64,000 bases of DNA from Octopus vulgaris (taxonomy: Eukaryota), in NCBI GenBank assembly GCA_951406725.2, contig OX597816.1:124558001-124622000 (forward strand), read 5' to 3'. Every line of letters begins with the position of its first letter. Position 1 is the first letter of the stretch. Of this stretch, positions 57,200-64,000 are shown piece after piece. The notes below the pieces were generated by a model. The model did not search any database and was not told the origin of the DNA. It saw nothing but the letters and a program-made list of their open reading frames with translations. Made by a program: the position numbers and the translations under genes.

Positions 57200-58091
57200 T
57201 GTGTATGTATATACATATGATAGATTATATATAATCTATCATATATATTACAATTAATTCAAAATTTTCTATAGTTCCTTGTACAAATTTAAATACATTA
57301 ATTATAGGGAAATGCATATGGCAAGAAAAGGCAAACATATATTTCCAACCAGATACATAAATGATGCTTATATTACTTATCAATGTCTTCTTCAGCGTGA
57401 AACCTTTCATGAATGAAGAAAATAGTTTCACATATGAACTTTATATTTAAATAGTTGAAATATTTTAGTTAGAAATAAAAGAACATATATAGTATGTGCT
57501 TATTAACTTCACGAAGAATATCCGTGGGTCATCTTTGAATAAAAAGCTTACTGAAAATGTTTTGAAATGATTTATCAGTCAAAAGGTCCAGGGAAAGCAG
57601 ACACATCCATTTGTATCCTAATAGAAAACCATAATCAAGAATTGAACTTACATTTTCTCAAGCAATGAATAAATATAGTCTACATTAAACGACAGCAAGC
57701 ATTCATAATCCTTAACTTTATTTCAACTGTATATTTATCAGTTCATTTCAAATAATCCTCACTCCTGAGGGTGTACTATGTTTGCTGTCGAATTAAATAA
57801 ACATAGAATTTGTCGCATAAATTATTTTTTATTATTCCATGAAATTGAATGCATTGTCTCAATAAGATGGTATCTCAGATTCTCCAGGGAATTTCTCATA
57901 GAATATTAAGCATGTTTAATGAATATAATTGAGTTTGTTAAAAATTAAGATTTTATAGCTTTTTACTGACAATTATTGCTATTGAAAATATTAGGCCTAA
58001 TGAGTAACTTTTGTGAAAAAGTCTAATGAGAATGTAAAATGTCAGACATTTTAAAAGTAGCATATAACATTGAACAACACACACAAAAACA

Positions 58092-58105
58092 TAATAATAA
58101 TAATA

Positions 58106-58143
<38 letters not shown>

Positions 58144-58180
58144 CATCATCATCATCATCATCATCATTATTATTATTATA

Positions 58181-58217
<37 letters not shown>

Positions 58218-58218
58218 T

Positions 58219-58262
<44 letters not shown>

Positions 58263-58298
58263 TCACCACCACCACCACCACCACTACTACAACTACTA
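58092..58298. repeat. Compound trinucleotide array (AAT)(ATT)(ATC)(ATT)(ACT)(ACC)
   Basis: Directly visible. Confidence 0.95.
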
Positions 58299-59405
58299 TT
58301 GCTGCTGTTTTTTATACAGCTGTAACCGGAACAAAGGCTTAGTGAAAATATATTCGTAAAAAACTAACAATAGTTTAGTGTTAATACATTTAGGAAAGGA
58401 ATATATGGAATGAAAAAAAACGGAATATCCCTGAGCAAAACAGAATGATTAATTAACAGAAGCCAATTATTATACAGTGGTAATTTTTAATTATAATTTC
58501 GAATCATAATAAGGTAAATTGGATATTTACCTCTCATAGCCCAATATATTTCTTTTTACTTTAATCAATATGTACAATTATTTAACTTTTAAAATTATTT
58601 GTACAGACTGGCGTCTTTACTGTGCAGAACCAATTCAGCTCCAAGTTCAATTTTCGCAATCATTTCATTTTTATTATTTTACAGTGTGTTCATCTTTTAA
58701 AACCGAAGAGAACTTTTTAAAGGAGATTTTACTGTTACCTTTTAAACGTCGTTTAATCATAGAAAGGTTCCTCCACCATTTGGCTAGATAAGATAAACAT
58801 CATGTTTCGAGTTGAAAATGTGGATAGTATATGGAGACATAGCGAATCGGTAAAGATACTCCTGTGTGACGAAACTAACTGATACATGCACTTCTGGATA
58901 GCAAGCGATTCGTTTTCTGTGGCGCTAGTATTACAGGGGAACAATCTTATATTTATCGATGTCACCTAGGATAATGTTTTCGAAGAGGCAAAGTGGGCCA
59001 GATATTCTCTATGCAAAACCGGAATCAGACAAATGACGTGGGTAGGAAAAGTTGGAAAACATGTAGAAACAGCAAATAATAGAGGAGAAAAATGTGAAGA
59101 TAGATCCTGAGCTGAAATTACTGGTTTCTGTGTGACACGAGACGAAGAAATACAGATTTTCCGTAGACACAGGCAATCTGTAAAAAAGATGTTGACTTAT
59201 AAATGTAGAATGAATGGCAAACGGTTAACTTTATGAAATGAGTTCAGAGATATATTGGGCTTGATTTCATGAAACTCAGAAGTAGTTGAAACAAGCTATT
59301 CCCCCAGGAAAGTGAAAGACATTCAGTCACTCTGTGACTCGAGCTTAGAATAAATATATATGCATGACATTAAACAATGTAATCTAGTGTTCTACCGCAT
59401 TAGTT

Positions 59406-60517
59406 TGTAGCGTAGCTGAGAGATATGCTCACTGTTTGAGAGAGATCGTACAAATAATGTAGCAGATGAGTTAAATTTTGGCCGCTATTTGGACCCTGTT
59501 GTTTCCACTGCTCTGATTGGTTGGCATTGGCGCAGTTTGTCTCTTGACTTATTTCCCGCCAATGTGTAAACCAACCAATCAGAGCCTTCCAAGAAGATCA
59601 TGTGACACAGTCTTTTCGGTTTTCTTCTGGAGCCTCTAGAATGATATAAAAACCCAACGATCCAGTGAATCGAGGTCTTTGGTCTCTGACTATTGACCAC
59701 GCCAGACCAGACAGTTCCTGCGACGACACCAGTTCCACCGACCCAGCCATGTTCCTGCTCCAGCCAACATCGACGCCAACATGCAGTAACTCAGGATTTT
59801 TCTTCACCGCCTCCATCATCATCGTCGACTTCACTTTTACGCCGTCTTCACCACCGACGTCATAGCTTATCGTCGCCCGTCAATTTTACGTTGTCTCCAC
59901 CAATGCCGATACGTAACCAGCAACTCGCTTTTGGTTTTGCTTACACGCTGTTTGTGTATACACACCAAGGTTAACAGACCGAACCACCGGCGAGATCTTC
60001 TGTACCAATGTAACCTGGCAAATGGATCGAAGCCCCAACTTCTACACGCGTAGTAACTGCTCTCCTCTTTGCCCCAATTTCATTGACACAGAACGAACTG
60101 CTATTGTGTACCTGTACGAACTGGTAGATCTATCCCCATTCTTGTGTCTGGACACTTTCTATGTTCTGTGTTAATATCTCACATGCATATACATTATCAT
60201 GTACACACACATTGTATTTTTGACGGCGTGTCTTATTATGTACACACTCACACGAACACACAGACACAAACATATGTCTCACGCACTCAGACACTCCATT
60301 CTGCTAGTACTCACACACGCTCTTATTGTACACATCTGTAAATAAGGTCTATCTTTCTCCCAAGCAGTAGAACGGTTGTGTTTTTCTTTCTTCTTTACTG
60401 GCACTCACATTTCTTTATTCCATGCATTTGGCTATCTTCTTTTGTAAGGGCGACCGTGCGGCGTTTAAAAAGAAACATTTCTGTCACCAACTCTTTTATA
60501 TACGGTCGTTCACTACA
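59406..60517 (+). mobile_element. Solo LTR (1112 bp), probably Ty3/Gypsy-type
   Basis: Termini TGTAGCG...CACTACA (6/7 inverted match), 4-bp TSD AGTT (59402-59405 and 60518-60521), GC-richer than flanks, internal promoter motifs, no flanking gag/pol. Confidence 0.75.
59510..59651 (+). promoter_or_regulatory. LTR U3-like promoter: paired CCAAT boxes and TATA box
   Basis: Perfect 15-bp inverted repeat GCTCTGATTGGTTGG (59510-59524) / CCAACCAATCAGAGC (59571-59585); TATAAAA at 59645-59651. Confidence 0.55.
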
Positions 60518-61479
60518 AGTTAAAGTGACGAAAACTCCTTCTTTCAATAATTTAGGCAGAAGTGGATCACGCACTTAAAGTAAACCTACGTTTGCCAGTT
60601 AGATTTAAAAGCCATATCTACTCCGATTTGCCTCGGCGATTTTATAAGAAATTTCAATAGACTGAGCTTAGACGGTAACTTTTTCATCTGGTTTTAGATT
60701 TTAAGTAACTCTAAAAGGGATTTTTCATCCACTAATTTCTCGTATACTTTCAGTTGATTAATATTTTACATCGTAATCTATCTTAATCTATATGAGACCT
60801 TACCACATTTGTATTTAATATGCAGAAGGGTCTACTGAATCTCCCAGCCATGTCCTTAAAAAATTAATGGCATAGTTTGAGGCAGAAGAAAACATTTAAA
60901 GTCGGGAAGGACTTACCTTTATGTTGTTTACAATGGCAAGTGCGACAAGAAATCCAACTATCTGATGTGAAACTGAAATTCTGTCGATATCTCGCTAGAT
61001 AGAATACCATGCTAATTAAATTTCACTGTATTTTCAGCAGTCTCATAAGGTATGAGAGAAAAACATCGATTTTACTTCGTTAAAATCTCAAATCAGCTAA
61101 TGTATATAATATAAAAATTATAAGTTTTAGGACTTTGCCCCAGAACATTAGTTACGTCGGTGTAGCATCTTCAAATTTGAGCAAACAAAATGACATTACA
61201 GGAAATCAATTTCACAAAATAGGCTGGGTTAATAGAAGTTTGATGATCAACGTTAGAGATTATGGATATTAAATAAGGTTGCTTACTATATTTATATGTG
61301 TGCACTATTCACATATATTCGGAATTCAATACGAACGTTTGCTAAAAGTGATTTTACTAGACATATTTCGTTGGAAGTTGCTTCTGTCTAATGTATTCAA
61401 AATTGGGCGAAGGATTGGTCAAAAAAGAGGAGCGGGGAACAAAATTTCATGCAGTATTTAATTACATTTGTTTCTGAAT

Positions 61480-61625
61480 AAAAGTCCTTCCGACGTCAAT
61501 TTTGCTTTTAATCATTTCTAGGACCGATAAAATAAATACTGGAGAAATACTTGTGTCAGTTTTATCGACTGCCCTCTTCTGTCAAATATTTTCAGTTGTT
61601 TGTTTCAATGCTAGACATTATTGAA
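61480..61625 (+). mobile_element. tRNA-derived SINE (family S1), partial
   Basis: gtcaattttgctttt...cgataaaataaatact...atcgactgccct. Confidence 0.55.
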
Positions 61626-62804
61626 ACCACTTTAAAAGGGAGAAGTGGATTTCATATTTGCTAAGTCATTTTATCTATCCTTTTACCTGCTGTGTTTATA
61701 TACTAGTCGGACAAATTTACCCTTCACATTTCCGGAGTTGATGAAATAGATAAAGAATCAGGATGTAAAAGAATCGATTTGTCATCCTCTATTTTCATGA
61801 TTATATATAAAAACTTTATTATTGAGAATAAATCCACTAATATGAACCTTGGTATAATTGGTTGGTGTTTAATGAACCACATTACTCAATATGTTTTTTG
61901 ACTTAGTAATGTTTCTCCATTTTATTTTCGTTCCTGCAGGGTATCATATTTTAAGAAAATTAGCCACGGTCTTAACTGAAATTTGTTCGATATTTGCACT
62001 AAAGAAAATGTTAATATTTCAGACAGACACTATAGTGTAAAAAGTTGACCGATGAAGTAGAGCAGAAAATTAAATATACTAGAGTTTAATTTCCTCTTTC
62101 CCAGCTCTTAATTCAATTTTTTGTTGCATTATTTTTCCCTTCAAAAAGTACAATAGAAATCTGTATTAAATTAAAATCTAGGTTATCGACTACAGCTTTT
62201 TAAAAACTGAAATTATCAAAACAAAGAAGGAAACGAAAAAGAAATCGAGAAACAATATTTCAAACTACCTTAGTACGAGAAGCAAATTATACATTTACTA
62301 TCAGTACCCATGGACATTTAACGGTTTCTTTGAAAACTATAAAGTGTCTCAAGGTTTATAGGTATGAAATGCACTTCTTTTGAGATTGTATTTAGTTTGA
62401 AACATTTGACTTTTGCAATGGTGTACAGTCCACATAGCCAGAAATGAAGATTATGTCTTCGGAGAGACCTGTTTGAAAATTATATTTTTGTAATAGTTTT
62501 GCACATCCCTTTTTTTCCTTGTAAGTTGCTATGCATTACTTTTATCATTGCATCAAAATATTAACTCTAGAATGACTTCCATAAAATAGCTGATAAGATA
62601 ATACTACTGTATTTCTCTTTGCTGTATTCCTATGACTGTCAAATTGAAATTTTTGAAAGTTCGTTTAAATAATAATAATAGATATTGCAAATACTTAACT
62701 CCGGGAGCAAAATTGATAACATAATCTAGTATAGTATTCGGTTAAAGTACGATTGCGTTACTAACGCTTTAAGAAATCTTAATACGCTATGTCCATATCA
62801 CATA

Positions 62805-63021
62805 CGAGGGTGTGTTGAAAACTTCTTGACTTTAGATAAAAGAAAATAGAGAAGGATCAGTTAATTATGATTTTATTCATCATATTCTAGTCTCAGATTC
62901 ATACACTTATTGCTGTAGTCCTTCAGTTTTGCTAAGCTCTGCAAAAGAAATCGGAAGATTGGGTCTCCAAAGAGGCCTTTCATGATACCCTTAAAGCCGG
63001 GTATATTTCAGCACTCCCTCG
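62805..63021 (-). mobile_element. Mariner-derived MITE with TA TSD
   Basis: TA-CGAGGGTGTGTTGAAA...TTTCAGCACTCCCTCG-TA; minus strand retains a mariner-like C-terminus KLKDYSNKCMNLRLEYDE*. Confidence 0.85.
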
Positions 63022-64000
63022 TAAATGTGCATTTGGCTGAACTTGAACACGCAATGCCAATAACTAAAATTGTACCTGTCATACTGAACTTGTTTATTCT
63101 AAAAAAATTGCATAAATGTGCATCATTAAGAAATGCATTTTACTTAAATTTCAAACATATATTTTCCATTCAATTGTCTTACGAGTTATACAAGTAATAT
63201 AACTGTTACGTCTTTAATAAATTGTCTTTGAATTTTTTACATAGTGAATCAATTATTACAGGAATAATATGAATGCAGTGTGCATCATTGAGTATACCTT
63301 TGATTGCAGTCTAATCGGTATGCACGCTGAGTGCCTGGAACAATTATTATAAATAGTAAAAAAGTTGTAGTGCTATTTTCTCCTTCTGGCTTACCGAATA
63401 AAAGCATATGATTTTTCTGGTCAATTATATAAGCATAACTACAAGCAATAGGAGATATCTATGAATGATACAGGAAATTAACAGTTGAATTTCATAGATT
63501 AAATATCGCAGACTTGTTGTATAATAGCTTTGCATTAAAGCTCAAATTACGGAAAAAAATTGCAAACAGAAAACAAATAATTACTATAGACTTCAGGTTC
63601 AAATTCAATGCATTCATATAAATTTCATATTCGTGTAGCCAATATCAGCGGTCTCAGCGTGAAAATTATTAGATTACCAACAATAGCCAGTGCATAGACA
63701 CACACACACACACACAGATATGAATATGTTTGTGTATGTATATCTAAGCATGTGTTTATTGATATGTAGGCACTTATATGTATATATATATTGATAGGGT
63801 GCATTTAGGATCCTACATTTCATGCAGATTATATGCATTAAGCCATTTGAAGGGTTCCTTTCAACTCCGTAAGCGAAGGTAAGTTGTATATTCTTAGAGC
63901 TATAGAATTTACAGCTACATGTAAGCGTCATTACACGAGTTATTCTCTCGATTTTCAAAATCGCTCAGAGTTACAGAAAAGATATTAACTGTTCGTATGT

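Noticed and set aside
59598-59974. GC-richer ORFs suggesting a host exon
   Set aside because: Inside the TSD-bounded solo LTR; no recognisable protein or splice structure
61920-62040. Strong-looking acceptor ttttcgttcctgcag
   Set aside because: Followed by a short AT-rich frame with stops and no good donor; cannot exclude a UTR or lncRNA exon

Overview
AT-rich, repeat-saturated animal DNA that looks intergenic or deep-intronic. The SINE, LINE and microsatellite repertoire resembles a cephalopod (octopus) genome; this is an inference. No intact host protein-coding gene is supportable, and nearly all listed ORFs are microsatellite or antisense artefacts. Recognisable content: (1) decayed DNA transposons (mariner DD34D, Tc1 DD34E, a maT-like element, a pogo-like element with Psq-type HTH plus PHD, a mariner MITE); (2) three R4/Dong-type RLE-LINE remnants; (3) Penelope-like element (PLE) remnants, including a GIY-YIG fragment; (4) a solo LTR with a 4-bp TSD; (5) many tRNA-derived SINEs. 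The main signal is about ten minimal type-I hammerhead ribozyme (HHR) motifs, two with intact cores and the rest variant or decayed. They lie in short non-coding repeats that sit in (TA)n or (AAT)n tracts with PLE-style tandem or inverted architecture. The best case is 27192-28538, a TSD-flanked head-to-head palindrome of a tRNA-head/(AAT)n/hammerhead-tail element, which is a candidate Pol III SINE mobilised by Penelope machinery.
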